NCBI GenBank assembly: GCA_003023665.1
Contig: PXYR01000001.1
Coordinates: forward strand, 1-47,981
Origin: Bacteroidota bacterium
Lineage (GTDB): Bacteria > Bacteroidota > Bacteroidia > Flavobacteriales > Schleiferiaceae
Length of the DNA stretch: 47,981 nt
Direction: 5' to 3'
In this document: positions 1 to 9,457 of the stretch, piece by piece
Position numbering within the stretch: the first letter of the stretch is position 1
How the letters are laid out: each line of letters opens with the position of its first letter
Position numbers and translations under genes: made by a program
The notes under the pieces: generated by a model
Database searches by the model: none
What the model was told of the DNA's origin: nothing
What the model saw: only the letters and a program-made list of their open reading frames with translations

Positions 1-1
1 T

Positions 2-973
2 TTCCCGCGCGGATTATGGCTGCTTCAAATATTGTATTTGATTGGTCAAAAATTCGATAAAACCCGACGATCAAGAAGTATATTCAAACCCAATATTCCT
101 GTCATTTGTATTGGAAATTTCCAAGCGGGCGGCACAGGTAAAACGCCAATTACTCAATGGGTAGCTAGTGAATTATCATCGCTGGGATATGAACCCATTA
201 TTATTCTACGAGGATATAAAGGCAGTATGAAAGTCAGCACCTTGGTAAATAGTCAAAATGCTCGAATCTATGGTGACGAGGCTTTGCTTCACGCCTCAAA
301 TCACCCCACTATAGTGGGTAAAAACCGTATCGAGAGTTGCAATCTTGCTAAAACGGTGGCCAAAACAGATAAAGCTGTTTTGATTCTCGACGACGGACTG
401 CAGTATTATGAACTACATAAAGACTTCTCTATTGTTTGTCAGAAAAGTCTCTTTGAATACGACACCTTGCTGCCACAAGGCCGGCTTCGTGAAATTCCTC
501 ACACTAATTTTGAAGCTATAATAAGTAATGGAGAAAATACGCCAGCTGAGGTCAACCGCGATTGGAATGGTATACCGGATTATTATTTGAAAAGGAAAAG
601 TATGCTGAAATCTGGTACTAAAGATCCTGGAATAATGGTTTGTGGAATTGCAAAGGCGAATGACTTCTTCTACACGGTACAAAAACAATTAGACTTCTTT
701 GGTAAGGAAATGAAGTTCAGGGATCACCATCGCTACAGCACTGCAGATCTTGCTCGCATTGAAAATGCTGCGAAGAAATTCGATTACCGCGTGCATTGCA
801 CCGCCAAAGATGCTGTGAAGTTGGCACCCCTGATTGAAGCAGAAAAGAGCCCTATTAAACTGAGTGTTTGGGATATTGAAATTCAGCCCGTTAGCGATGT
901 TCAGCCCCTACTAGATGCCATGGTAGCAAAGATTGAAGAAGTGTTTGAAAATCGGACAAGTAAACAGGTCTAA
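2..973 (+). CDS. lpxK: tetraacyldisaccharide 4'-kinase (LpxK), 5' end cut by window edge
   Basis: The frame is open back to position 2 (FPRGLWLLQILYLIGQ precedes the first Met). Walker-A-like GNFQAGGTGKTP is present, followed by the ILRGYKG and LDDGLQ motifs typical of LpxK. Confidence 0.85.
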   Translation, partial: FPRGLWLLQILYLIGQKFDKTRRSRSIFKPNIPVICIGNFQAGGTGKTPITQWVASELSSLGYEPIIILRGYKGSMKVSTLVNSQNARIYGDEALLHASNHPTIVGKNRIESCNLAKTVAKTDKAVLILDDGLQYYELHKDFSIVCQKSLFEYDTLLPQGRLREIPHTNFEAIISNGENTPAEVNRDWNGIPDYYLKRKSMLKSGTKDPGIMVCGIAKANDFFYTVQKQLDFFGKEMKFRDHHRYSTADLARIENAAKKFDYRVHCTAKDAVKLAPLIEAEKSPIKLSVWDIEIQPVSDVQPLLDAMVAKIEEVFENRTSKQV

Positions 974-1006
974 AAAGTGTAAATTAGCGCTCTAAATTCC
1001 CTTTGG

Positions 1007-2461
1007 ATGTCTAGTATTTACGATACATACGAACCGGTTATTGGTATAGAAGTTCACGTGCAATTAAGCACGCAGAGCAAGGCGTACTGTGGCGATGCAA
1101 CCACTTATGGTGCCTCTCCTAATACTCAGGTGAGCCCCATTAGCTTGGGGCATCCAGGTACGTTGCCCGTGTTCAACAAATCAGTAATGAACTATGCAGT
1201 GAAGTTGGGTATTGCCTGCGATTGTACCATTCGTGAGCGCAATGAATTTGCGCGCAAGAATTACTTTTACGCAGATTTGCCAAAGGGATACCAAATCACT
1301 CAGGATACCACTCCTATTTGTACTGAAGGCTATGTGCGTATTAAAGATGCACTGGGGAAGGATAAGAAAATCAACCTTACCCGTATCCACATGGAAGAGG
1401 ATTCTGGTAAGAGTGTACACGATATTGACCCGTTCAATACGCTGGTAGATTTAAATCGTGCAGGAATTCCACTTCTAGAGATTGTATCGGAACCGGAGAT
1501 CAAGAACGGTGAAGAGGCATACAGCTACTTGAGTGAGATCAGAAAATTGGTACGCTACCTAGAAATTTCTGACGGTAACATGGAAGAAGGTTCTCTGCGT
1601 GCAGATTTGAACATCTCTGTTCGCAAAAAAGGAGCGACCAAATTTGGAACGAAGGTGGAAGTCAAAAACATGAACTCGTTCCGTAACGTTCAGAAGGCGA
1701 TTGATTTTGAAATTATTCGTCAGATTGATATGATTGAGGCGGGTGAAGAAATTCACCAAGAGACACGCACTTACGACGCAGCAAAAAATATCACCATAGG
1801 ACTTCGCTCCAAGGAAGATGCACATGACTACCGCTACTTCCCAGAGCCTGATTTAGTACCTGTGATTGTACCTCAAAGCTATGTGGACAGTGTACGCGAG
1901 AACATGCCGCCCCTGCCGTACGAATTGTTTGTGAAATACACCAAAGAATTAGCTTTAAGCGAATACGATGCTTTTGTACTTACAGATAGTAAGGCCTTTG
2001 CACTATATTTTGAAGAGGTTATTAAACACACTTCAAATTACAAAGGCGCCACTAACCTATTGATTGGACCTGTAAAATCATGGTTAAACGAGCAGAGTGT
2101 TGAAATTGAGGAATTCCCTATATCACCTGCGGCCTTGGCAGGAATTCAAACGCTTGTGGATGATGACAAGATTTCCATTTCTACCGCTACCCAAAAGTTA
2201 TTCCCTGCCCTATTAGAAGATCCATTGGCCGATGCTGCCGCGCTCTGTGAGCAAAACGGCTGGATTCAGGAAGGTGATAGCGACCAATTGCAAGCGTGGG
2301 TCGACCAAGCATTGGCCGCTTATCCAGAAAAGATTGAGGAGTACCGCTCGGGTAAAAAAGGACTTATTGGGCTCTTTATGGGCGAGGTGATGAAATACAG
2401 CCGCGGAAGCGCAGATCCTAAAAAAGCAAGCGCATTGTTGCGCGAGAAATTAGATGCGTAA
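1007..2461 (+). CDS. gatB: Asp-tRNA(Asn)/Glu-tRNA(Gln) amidotransferase subunit B
   Basis: 484 aa. The N-terminus YEPVIGIEVHVQL...KAYC and the motifs NRAGIPLLEIVSEP, YFPEPDL and a C-terminal YqeY-like tail are characteristic of GatB. Confidence 0.95.
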   Translation: MSSIYDTYEPVIGIEVHVQLSTQSKAYCGDATTYGASPNTQVSPISLGHPGTLPVFNKSVMNYAVKLGIACDCTIRERNEFARKNYFYADLPKGYQITQDTTPICTEGYVRIKDALGKDKKINLTRIHMEEDSGKSVHDIDPFNTLVDLNRAGIPLLEIVSEPEIKNGEEAYSYLSEIRKLVRYLEISDGNMEEGSLRADLNISVRKKGATKFGTKVEVKNMNSFRNVQKAIDFEIIRQIDMIEAGEEIHQETRTYDAAKNITIGLRSKEDAHDYRYFPEPDLVPVIVPQSYVDSVRENMPPLPYELFVKYTKELALSEYDAFVLTDSKAFALYFEEVIKHTSNYKGATNLLIGPVKSWLNEQSVEIEEFPISPAALAGIQTLVDDDKISISTATQKLFPALLEDPLADAAALCEQNGWIQEGDSDQLQAWVDQALAAYPEKIEEYRSGKKGLIGLFMGEVMKYSRGSADPKKASALLREKLDA

Positions 2462-3569
2462 AATCGTTGCCCTTCTTGTATTAATTACCTTAATGTCTTG
2501 TTCACAGGAGCAGCCTACCCTCATTAAGTTTGAGCTAGATAAAAAAGGTTCTTACGCCATTCAATACAGGGAGGCTGATGGAACATTTACAGTCATGGAT
2601 AGTCTTGAAATCCTTGGAGGTGATGTTTTCGAAGTATCCTTTGACACCCTTCAAATGATTAGTTTCCTGCCTATTCAAGGCGAGTTACCCGTGGTTCATG
2701 CCGTAATAGGACCAAATACAGGAGAATTGATTGTGGATTCAGAGGGTTTTATTTCAGGGGATGAAGAAAACGATTGGCTCGGCGTTCAACGAAGCATGCA
2801 AATCGAACTTATCAACCTAATAGATAGTCTTGATGTCATAAAAGATTCCTACACGGACAGCACAACCTTTGAAGGCTTACCTGCTTTGGATAGTGTTTTC
2901 TTCAATTATGCAGATGCATATAGAGCGCGCATTTTAGATAGTTTAGAAAGTGTTCCAGGCAGATTGTCAAACATCATGACCGTATACCATAGAATTGGCC
3001 AAAATCCTGTTCTTGATTATACAATTGACAGAAAAGTTCTGAGAAGGATGAATATTGAACTACAGCGGCTCGCTCCAAACTCTAAAGATGCTTTGGCCTT
3101 CAAGATGTGGATTGAAGAGTTCGAAGAAACCTATGTTTTTACGCAGACCGTAAAAGAAAATGCCGAGAAGTTTATTCCTGGCCATCCGTTTCCCGAACTT
3201 ACTCTTGAGAGTCCCCAAGGAGAAAGCAAACGATTAAAAAGAATGTCTCTTGATAATCATGTTGTTGCAATTTGGGCGTCATGGTGCGCAGAATGTAGAA
3301 ATGATCTCAGAAGTGTAGCTCAAAAACATAACATGGACAATTGGATTCTACTCTCCCTAGATGGAGTTCCTCAGCAACGAAGCCCCATTGGCGAGTGGTA
3401 TTCCGCAATAAACCAAGACGGACTTGGCGGAAGTCACCTGAGTGACTTAAAAGGTGGACGGAGCATTATTACCGAAAGACTCGGCGTTCAAGAAATGCCC
3501 TTATATTTTAAGGTTGAAGACGGTCTTATAACCGTGCGTTCTAACCAAATTTCAGCGGTACTGAATTAG
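2454..3569 (+). CDS. lipoprotein with C-terminal thioredoxin-like (TlpA/AhpC-TSA-like) domain
   Basis: Lipoprotein-type signal MRKIVALLVLITLMSC. The C-terminal region has a CxxC redox motif (IWASWCAECRND) in a thioredoxin-fold context. The start overlaps the gatB stop by 8 nt. Confidence 0.6.
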   Translation: MRKIVALLVLITLMSCSQEQPTLIKFELDKKGSYAIQYREADGTFTVMDSLEILGGDVFEVSFDTLQMISFLPIQGELPVVHAVIGPNTGELIVDSEGFISGDEENDWLGVQRSMQIELINLIDSLDVIKDSYTDSTTFEGLPALDSVFFNYADAYRARILDSLESVPGRLSNIMTVYHRIGQNPVLDYTIDRKVLRRMNIELQRLAPNSKDALAFKMWIEEFEETYVFTQTVKENAEKFIPGHPFPELTLESPQGESKRLKRMSLDNHVVAIWASWCAECRNDLRSVAQKHNMDNWILLSLDGVPQQRSPIGEWYSAINQDGLGGSHLSDLKGGRSIITERLGVQEMPLYFKVEDGLITVRSNQISAVLN

Positions 3570-3573
3570 AAGT

Positions 3574-4101
3574 TTACTTGTTTTCCAATACTAAGCGGAT
3601 GTGCGCCAAATGATGCTGGCAATGCCATGCGTACATCTGAACGCTTTCTTGCATGGTGTATTCCTTAGATTCATCCAAATGGAAGTATGACTTTTTCCAT
3701 CCTGTTTCCGTTATTCCATTCAAAAAAGAAACCCATTTCTCGTGAAGACTTGCAAGTAAAATGACACTCAAGAATGGATCCGAGGTATAGTCAGGTAACG
3801 CGGCAAAAAGCGATTGTGGATACCCTGTAACTTTTGGTGTTTCAAGAGAAGTCACGGCTAATCGTTGCCTATTGAAACCATTCATGTGCGAATCTGCAAG
3901 ATGGTGAACCACTTGACGAATTGTCCAACCACCTGGACGGTATGCAGTATCCCATTGCTCATCTGTAAGTGCTTTTGCGAATTCCATGAGCTGCTTTGGC
4001 ATTCTACCAATAACTGCAATACAACCTTCTATGCGTTCCACGGGCGGTTCACTCTCAATAGAAGCTTTTCCAATTGGGTATTTCAAAAATTCTAAATCCA
4101 T
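3574..4101 (-). CDS. DinB/YfiT-family metal-dependent protein (bacillithiol-transferase-like)
   Basis: 175 aa. His-rich ligand pattern VVHHLADSH ... WHCQHHLAHI and overall layout resemble B. subtilis YfiT and the DinB_2 family. Confidence 0.7.
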   Translation of the reverse strand: MDLEFLKYPIGKASIESEPPVERIEGCIAVIGRMPKQLMEFAKALTDEQWDTAYRPGGWTIRQVVHHLADSHMNGFNRQRLAVTSLETPKVTGYPQSLFAALPDYTSDPFLSVILLASLHEKWVSFLNGITETGWKKSYFHLDESKEYTMQESVQMYAWHCQHHLAHIRLVLENK

Positions 4102-4126
4102 GGTTGCAAAGATATCTGTATGGAAT

Positions 4127-4153
4127 AAAAAAGCCCTGCCAATCGGCAGGGCT
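4127..4153 (-). terminator. rho-independent terminator for the 1008-aa T9SS gene
   Basis: Stem AGCCCTGCC (4132-4140) pairs with GGCAGGGCT (4145-4153) around loop AATC. On the minus strand the hairpin is followed by a U-run (complement of the A-run 4127-4132). Confidence 0.75.
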
Positions 4154-4177
4154 TATCAATTTATTCTAATTGTTTAA

Positions 4178-7100
4178 TTAGCGTGCAACCATTAATCGTG
4201 TATAAGAATCAGCTTTGCCTTGAATGCCAATTATATACATGCCGTTGCTCAACTCACTAATGTTTATTGTGAATTGATTTTTTCCGGATTCTCTTGCTTC
4301 AAATTTTTCAGACAACACAGTTCTACCGTTTAGGTCAACTACTTCTATCTGGTAAGTACCCTCCGATAAATCTGTTTCTATGGTTGTTTTCTCTTCTGCA
4401 GGATTTGGGAACAAACGAAGTGCTGAAGAAGGCTTTTCAATATCCTCATTCTCCGCAATGGACACAGGTCGAGTATTCATTAAAGTTGTAGTCTGGAACG
4501 TTCCTCTTCCAAATGTACCGGCGAAAATATCGCCTTCCATCACATCAACATCAGCAGAACTACTCTTGTCCGTTCTATATTGCTTTAAGGTAAATACAGG
4601 TACTCGCGCTAATCCAGAATTGTCCGCGCCCCATGAAGGAGCTGCTGCATTAATGTTGGTCGTTGAAAAGATTCCATATTCAGTACCAATAATCGCATAC
4701 GCTGAATTCCCCTTATCAAATGTTGCCGAATACACTGGGAAATTACCCAAATTACCATCCTTCACAGTGAAGTTTGGATTAGGTGAAGTTGCATTGGAAC
4801 TGTAATACACAAAATTTTGATTACCATAATTACCCATGGTCGCCAATACTCTGTCATTGTTATTAGGATCTACGGCAATGCTTGTGACATTTCTACCTAT
4901 TACGGAATATACTAGGTCAACGTCTAATGCTGTCTGTCCAGAATCTAAATCAGCAGTTTTAAAACTTCTAGCACCTTGTAGACCTGAAATACGGTAGATT
5001 CTACCGTTACTGGTTCCAATCCATGCGTAATTTCCATCTTCACTAACTTCCACTGCCTGTGCAGTTCCAGTGATACTTGCTAGCTTATACCAAGTAGGAG
5101 TATCCATAAAGTCTAGTGCTCCTCTTGTCATCCAAACAGAACCACTGAAACCAACGATGAACATACTGCTAACGGGATCCTGCACAATTATGCTATCACC
5201 CATACCAAGATTATTTGGCAATGTATAGTTAAATGGAAGACCATTCGTATTAGAACCAAGACTTACTGTGGAGCCTGCGGTATAACTAACATCGACAGTA
5301 GCTACAATCTCAGCTGCTGGAATACTTGAAAAAACTACGGTAAAATCACCTGTAGAAGCATCAAAATTCCCTGTGCCGTCACCTGTCAAATTTCCAGAAG
5401 CATCTGCACTTATTACTAACGTACCGCTTTTCACTTGGAAGGTTGATGCATCCATAATAGCGCTCTGTTGTATAGGTTTAATATTGCCAACAAAGGTATC
5501 CTGACCGGCATTGGCAAATCCTAACGATCGAATCGCTTCTGTTACTTTAAACTGTACCGAATCCGTACTCATTGGGTCAGAACTGTTCTCGTATAAATAA
5601 AACGGCGTCATCCATGAACCGATGGCTTCTGATGAACGACTGTCCCAAAATGAACTGAAGCTTTGTCCCCTATTCTCACTGCGACCGATTCTACCTCCTT
5701 GGTATTCTGTAAAATAAATCTTTGGAACTAACCATGAAATAGTAGAAAACCCTCCATCACCAGAAAAATTATCAACTGGACCTAATGAACGACCTGTATT
5801 AGGGGTGTTTCCTGAACCATCCATAATCCAACTACCGTTGTCTTGAGTTCCACCTACAACATAACGATCAGAAGAAATACCAATGTTATAAAATTGAGTG
5901 GTCACATAGTTCTTATTCAATGTCTGCCATGTGGTACCAAAGTCTTTGGAAAAGTAAATACCTCCATCATTCACCATGTAAACCTTTGAACTGTCCGTAG
6001 GGTGCCATACCACATCATGATTATCAGCATGAATATTAAATGGACCAAACCCATTCACCTGGTTCCAGCCTTGTCCTTGTTGCCAGCTCCATACAGATAT
6101 ACCACCTACAATAATTCTGTCCTTATTAGAGGCATCCACACCTATTGCTAGGTCATACTCTCCTTGGCATTGTGAAGAACAAAACGGGTCAAAATAGGTA
6201 GACTTCTGGCCAATTTTTGACCAAGTTGTACCACCGTCTGTGGTTCTATATACACCAGAAAGAGCATTACCAGAAGTAATATGCACTGTGTAAACGGTAT
6301 TGGGGTCATTTTTTGCCGAAGCAAACATTATTCGACCGCCACTTCTAGGTAATCCAGTTGTGCCTGCGCTTGATTTACTTATTTCACTAAATGTGGCTCC
6401 GCCGTCAGTTGATTTCATGGTTCTACCACCTAAAGTTCCCCATACATTACCACCTGCATCCATATGAATATCCCAACAAGCCGCTTGAGCACCTACTCCT
6501 GTAACGGGATTGCTCCATGAAGCTCCAGCATCCGTAGAGGCACGAATACCAGCATTGGTTGCCATGAATATTTTGTTGTTATCTGTTGGATCAGTAACTA
6601 TTGCACCAATTGAAGCAAAATTAGAAGCACTACTCAATTGGGTAAATTGTGTTTGATTAGCTCCTTTTTTGAATACTCCTGCACCGGGAAATCCAGATGA
6701 CGTTGAAGCACCAAATCCGGAAGTCCAGGTATTGTATAAACCTTCCCCTGTGCCGTAATAGACATCACCGTCTTTGGAATAAGCTATAGACATCACAGAC
6801 AAATTCTCCTGCTCTGGATTAACCTCTGTCCAACTCAAGCCAGCATTATTACTGAAGTACAACCCACCACTGACACTACCAGCATACATCTCAGTCGGGT
6901 TTTGGGGATTTATTGCAAAACCACGTGTTCTACCCCCTCTATTGTCTGGACCACGTTCGTCCCAAGCCAAACCTATACTGCTTTCGGGCATATTCTCAAG
7001 GCTTTGAATGGCACTACTAATATCTTCTTGATCTATAGTACCCGTAACTTGATTTGCCCTTAAGGAATGCAAATACGCGGCCGCTCCTGCAGCTCCCTGT

Positions 7101-7204
7101 TCACTCTGAATACGAGGTTCGTAATCATTGCTACTAGGTGCTAAAGTTGTAATGGCGGCGGTTAAGACTGTGCCTACTAAGGCGAATCGTAATCCTTTTT
7201 TCAT
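4178..7204 (-). CDS. secreted BNR/sortilin-like (Asp-box) repeat protein with T9SS C-terminal sorting domain
   Basis: N-terminal signal peptide. Repeated Asp-box motifs are present (SNNAGLSW, STDAGASW, STDGGATF, TTDGGTTW, SKDFGTTW). The C-terminus LRLFPNPAEEKTTIE...GMYIIGIQ matches the type-A T9SS CTD pattern. Confidence 0.75.
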   Translation of the reverse strand: MKKGLRFALVGTVLTAAITTLAPSSNDYEPRIQSEQGAAGAAAYLHSLRANQVTGTIDQEDISSAIQSLENMPESSIGLAWDERGPDNRGGRTRGFAINPQNPTEMYAGSVSGGLYFSNNAGLSWTEVNPEQENLSVMSIAYSKDGDVYYGTGEGLYNTWTSGFGASTSSGFPGAGVFKKGANQTQFTQLSSASNFASIGAIVTDPTDNNKIFMATNAGIRASTDAGASWSNPVTGVGAQAACWDIHMDAGGNVWGTLGGRTMKSTDGGATFSEISKSSAGTTGLPRSGGRIMFASAKNDPNTVYTVHITSGNALSGVYRTTDGGTTWSKIGQKSTYFDPFCSSQCQGEYDLAIGVDASNKDRIIVGGISVWSWQQGQGWNQVNGFGPFNIHADNHDVVWHPTDSSKVYMVNDGGIYFSKDFGTTWQTLNKNYVTTQFYNIGISSDRYVVGGTQDNGSWIMDGSGNTPNTGRSLGPVDNFSGDGGFSTISWLVPKIYFTEYQGGRIGRSENRGQSFSSFWDSRSSEAIGSWMTPFYLYENSSDPMSTDSVQFKVTEAIRSLGFANAGQDTFVGNIKPIQQSAIMDASTFQVKSGTLVISADASGNLTGDGTGNFDASTGDFTVVFSSIPAAEIVATVDVSYTAGSTVSLGSNTNGLPFNYTLPNNLGMGDSIIVQDPVSSMFIVGFSGSVWMTRGALDFMDTPTWYKLASITGTAQAVEVSEDGNYAWIGTSNGRIYRISGLQGARSFKTADLDSGQTALDVDLVYSVIGRNVTSIAVDPNNNDRVLATMGNYGNQNFVYYSSNATSPNPNFTVKDGNLGNFPVYSATFDKGNSAYAIIGTEYGIFSTTNINAAAPSWGADNSGLARVPVFTLKQYRTDKSSSADVDVMEGDIFAGTFGRGTFQTTTLMNTRPVSIAENEDIEKPSSALRLFPNPAEEKTTIETDLSEGTYQIEVVDLNGRTVLSEKFEARESGKNQFTINISELSNGMYIIGIQGKADSYTRLMVAR

Positions 7205-7249
7205 GTAAAAATTCTATTTCTAAACGTTAAAAATAAGGCTTGGACCTTA

Positions 7250-8155
7250 TTATACCAAGTGCTTTTCAGCATGATATGAACTACGTACCAATGGTCCGCT
7301 TTCTACATATCTAAAGCCCATCTCTAGACCTATCTCTTTCAATTCTTCAAAAACTTCGGGTGTAACAAACTCAACCACAGGCAAATGCTTAGACGTAGGC
7401 TGTAAGTATTGTCCTAAGGTCAGAATATCAACATCTACCTCACGTAACTCCTGCATGGCTTCAATCACTTCCTCCTTAGATTCCCCAAGGCCTAACATTA
7501 TACCACTTTTTGTTCTATGTATGCCATTTTCTTTGAGGTACTTTAGAACCATCAAGGAACGATCAAATTGCGCCTGTATGCGCACTTTTCTCGTTAGACG
7601 GCGCACGGTCTCCATGTTGTGACTAACAATTTCAGGATTCGCTTCAATAATTCGATCCACGTTGTGTAATTCTCCCTTAAAGTCAGGTATAAGTGTTTCC
7701 ATAGTAGTGTTAGGACTAATTCTTCTGATAGCCCTCACTGTCTCTGCCCATATAATTGAACCTCCGTCGGCTAAATCGTCTCTATCCACCGAAGTTAGAA
7801 CGGCATGTTTAACTTTCATTAACTTAACACTACGGGCCACTTTTTCCGGCTCTTCCCAATCCACGGTTTCTGGACGGCCTGTGGCAACATTGCAAAAGCC
7901 GCAAGAACGAGTACATATATTACCCAATATCATAAAGGTAGCTGTGCCTGCGCCCCAACATTCACCCATATTTGGACAATGACCAGATTCACAGATCGTA
8001 TGTAATTTATACTTATCTACAAGTCCGCGAACATTCTTGTAGTTTTCACCAGTAGGAAGTTTAACGCGTAACCAAGATGGTTTCTTAGCACGTTGCTTTG
8101 CTTCTTTCGTTACTCCTATATTGGGTTGATCTACCATATTATTTAAACCATTCAA
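7250..8155 (-). CDS. lipA: lipoyl synthase
   Basis: Two Cys clusters are present: [12 protein letters not shown] and the radical-SAM [17 protein letters not shown] at the N-terminus and the SGIMLGLGE and RSSY motifs also fit LipA. Confidence 0.95.
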   Translation of the reverse strand: MNGLNNMVDQPNIGVTKEAKQRAKKPSWLRVKLPTGENYKNVRGLVDKYKLHTICESGHCPNMGECWGAGTATFMILGNICTRSCGFCNVATGRPETVDWEEPEKVARSVKLMKVKHAVLTSVDRDDLADGGSIIWAETVRAIRRISPNTTMETLIPDFKGELHNVDRIIEANPEIVSHNMETVRRLTRKVRIQAQFDRSLMVLKYLKENGIHRTKSGIMLGLGESKEEVIEAMQELREVDVDILTLGQYLQPTSKHLPVVEFVTPEVFEELKEIGLEMGFRYVESGPLVRSSYHAEKHLV

Positions 8156-8157
8156 TA

Positions 8158-8556
8158 CTATACTTGTTCAGCTAAATGATGTGCTTTTCTCCACTCATTT
8201 ACCATTTCTTCGTTTACTCTATCGTGAGAAGCATGAGCTGCTACCTGACCATTATTCCAAAGTATTAATTGAGGACTTTCATGCCTAATTTCCGTGGTTT
8301 CTGCCAAAGCCAAACTTAAAGAGCGCTGTGATATAACATCTATATACGCCCACCTTTCACTTGGATGAACCTTAACGCTATTTAAACGCCTCATTACGAA
8401 CAAACTGACGCTACAACGCGGGCTATGTTTATAAAAGAAAACCGGTGTCTTTAAGGCAAGAAGACCCGAAATATCTTCCATTGATCCCGGGTGCTCAAAC
8501 TGAATTTTATTCGTTGAAGAGGGCGAATTAACCTTGTTGTTCAGAAATTTCAACAT
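8158..8556 (-). CDS. ytxJ: YtxJ-like monothiol thioredoxin-fold protein (bacillithiol-system associated)
   Basis: [13 protein letters not shown] matches the YtxJ FKHSTRC(P/S)IS single-Cys motif, and [10 protein letters not shown] is typical. The start was chosen at the Met of MLKFLNNK (8556). The longer ORF start at 8604 is also possible. Confidence 0.7.
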   Translation of the reverse strand: MLKFLNNKVNSPSSTNKIQFEHPGSMEDISGLLALKTPVFFYKHSPRCSVSLFVMRRLNSVKVHPSERWAYIDVISQRSLSLALAETTEIRHESPQLILWNNGQVAAHASHDRVNEEMVNEWRKAHHLAEQV

Positions 8557-8647
8557 GCGAGTATGAAGGACATTTTTCTGCTGTTCCACATGATGATAAT
8601 GCAAGAATTGCAGTAATCACAAAAGCTGCGCCAAGTATCTTTTTCAT
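8528..8647 (-). CDS. possible 39-aa small lipoprotein ORF (not in the supplied track)
   Basis: My own translation of the minus strand gives [39 protein letters not shown]. This is a textbook lipoprotein signal with an LSSC lipobox. It overlaps the 5' part of the ytxJ reading frame in another frame. Confidence 0.3.
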   Translation of the reverse strand: MKKILGAAFVITAILALSSCGTAEKCPSYSHVEISEQQG

Positions 8648-8738
8648 CTTCTATAATTCTAGTTTCGCTACATTGCGAAGGGTAAAAATAACGTATACAA
8701 GCCAAAATTCGTCTTTAATGGTCAACTTCCTTTCAACA

Positions 8739-9437
8739 ATGATTCCTAAGGACTGGATATTATTTTGGAAAGAAGAGCAAAATAAACCTTACTTAAAGAA
8801 CCTTTTGGCTTTTCTTGAGCAAGAGTATTCGGAGCAAGTATGTTACCCGGCAAAACATCATATTTTAAAAGCGCTAGAGGGGCTCCAACCTGGTGACGTC
8901 AAATGTATCATATTGGGACAAGATCCTTATCATGGGTTTAAGCAAGCGAACGGGCTTGCTTTCTCTGTCTCATCCGGTGTTAAACCTCCTCCTTCACTGC
9001 GCAATATTTTTAAAGAGTACGAGAACGATTTGTGCTTGCCTCAACCACTCAACGGCGATTTAAATACGTGGAGAAAAGAAGGTGTGCTACTGCTGAACAC
9101 GGCTTTAAGTGTTCGCCAAGGAAAACCAGGTTCGCACAAGAATAAAGGCTGGGAAATTTTCACATCAAACCTAATTACCTATGTAGTGGCTAAATCAGAT
9201 AATGCCGGTTTCATTTGCTTTGGTCAGCCAGCGCACAAACTTGCAAAAAAAGTTACTAAAGGATTCAATAAAAAAGATGTGACAATTATCCACACCCCTC
9301 ACCCCTCACCATTAAGTGCACATAGAGGTTTTTTTGGTTCAAAACCATTTACAACATTTAACAATATACAAAGTAAAAAAGGCAAGGAAATCGTACATTG
9401 GGAACTGCCTTCAAATGGCCAAAAATCACTTTTTTAA
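8739..9437 (+). CDS. ung: uracil-DNA glycosylase
   Basis: The motifs GQDPYHG, PPSLRNIFKE, GVLLLNT and HPSPLSA identify family-1 UDG. The start was chosen at MIPKDW, and ATG 8718 is an alternative. Confidence 0.92.
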   Translation: MIPKDWILFWKEEQNKPYLKNLLAFLEQEYSEQVCYPAKHHILKALEGLQPGDVKCIILGQDPYHGFKQANGLAFSVSSGVKPPPSLRNIFKEYENDLCLPQPLNGDLNTWRKEGVLLLNTALSVRQGKPGSHKNKGWEIFTSNLITYVVAKSDNAGFICFGQPAHKLAKKVTKGFNKKDVTIIHTPHPSPLSAHRGFFGSKPFTTFNNIQSKKGKEIVHWELPSNGQKSLF

Positions 9438-9457
9438 AGGCTTATCACAAGTACAGA

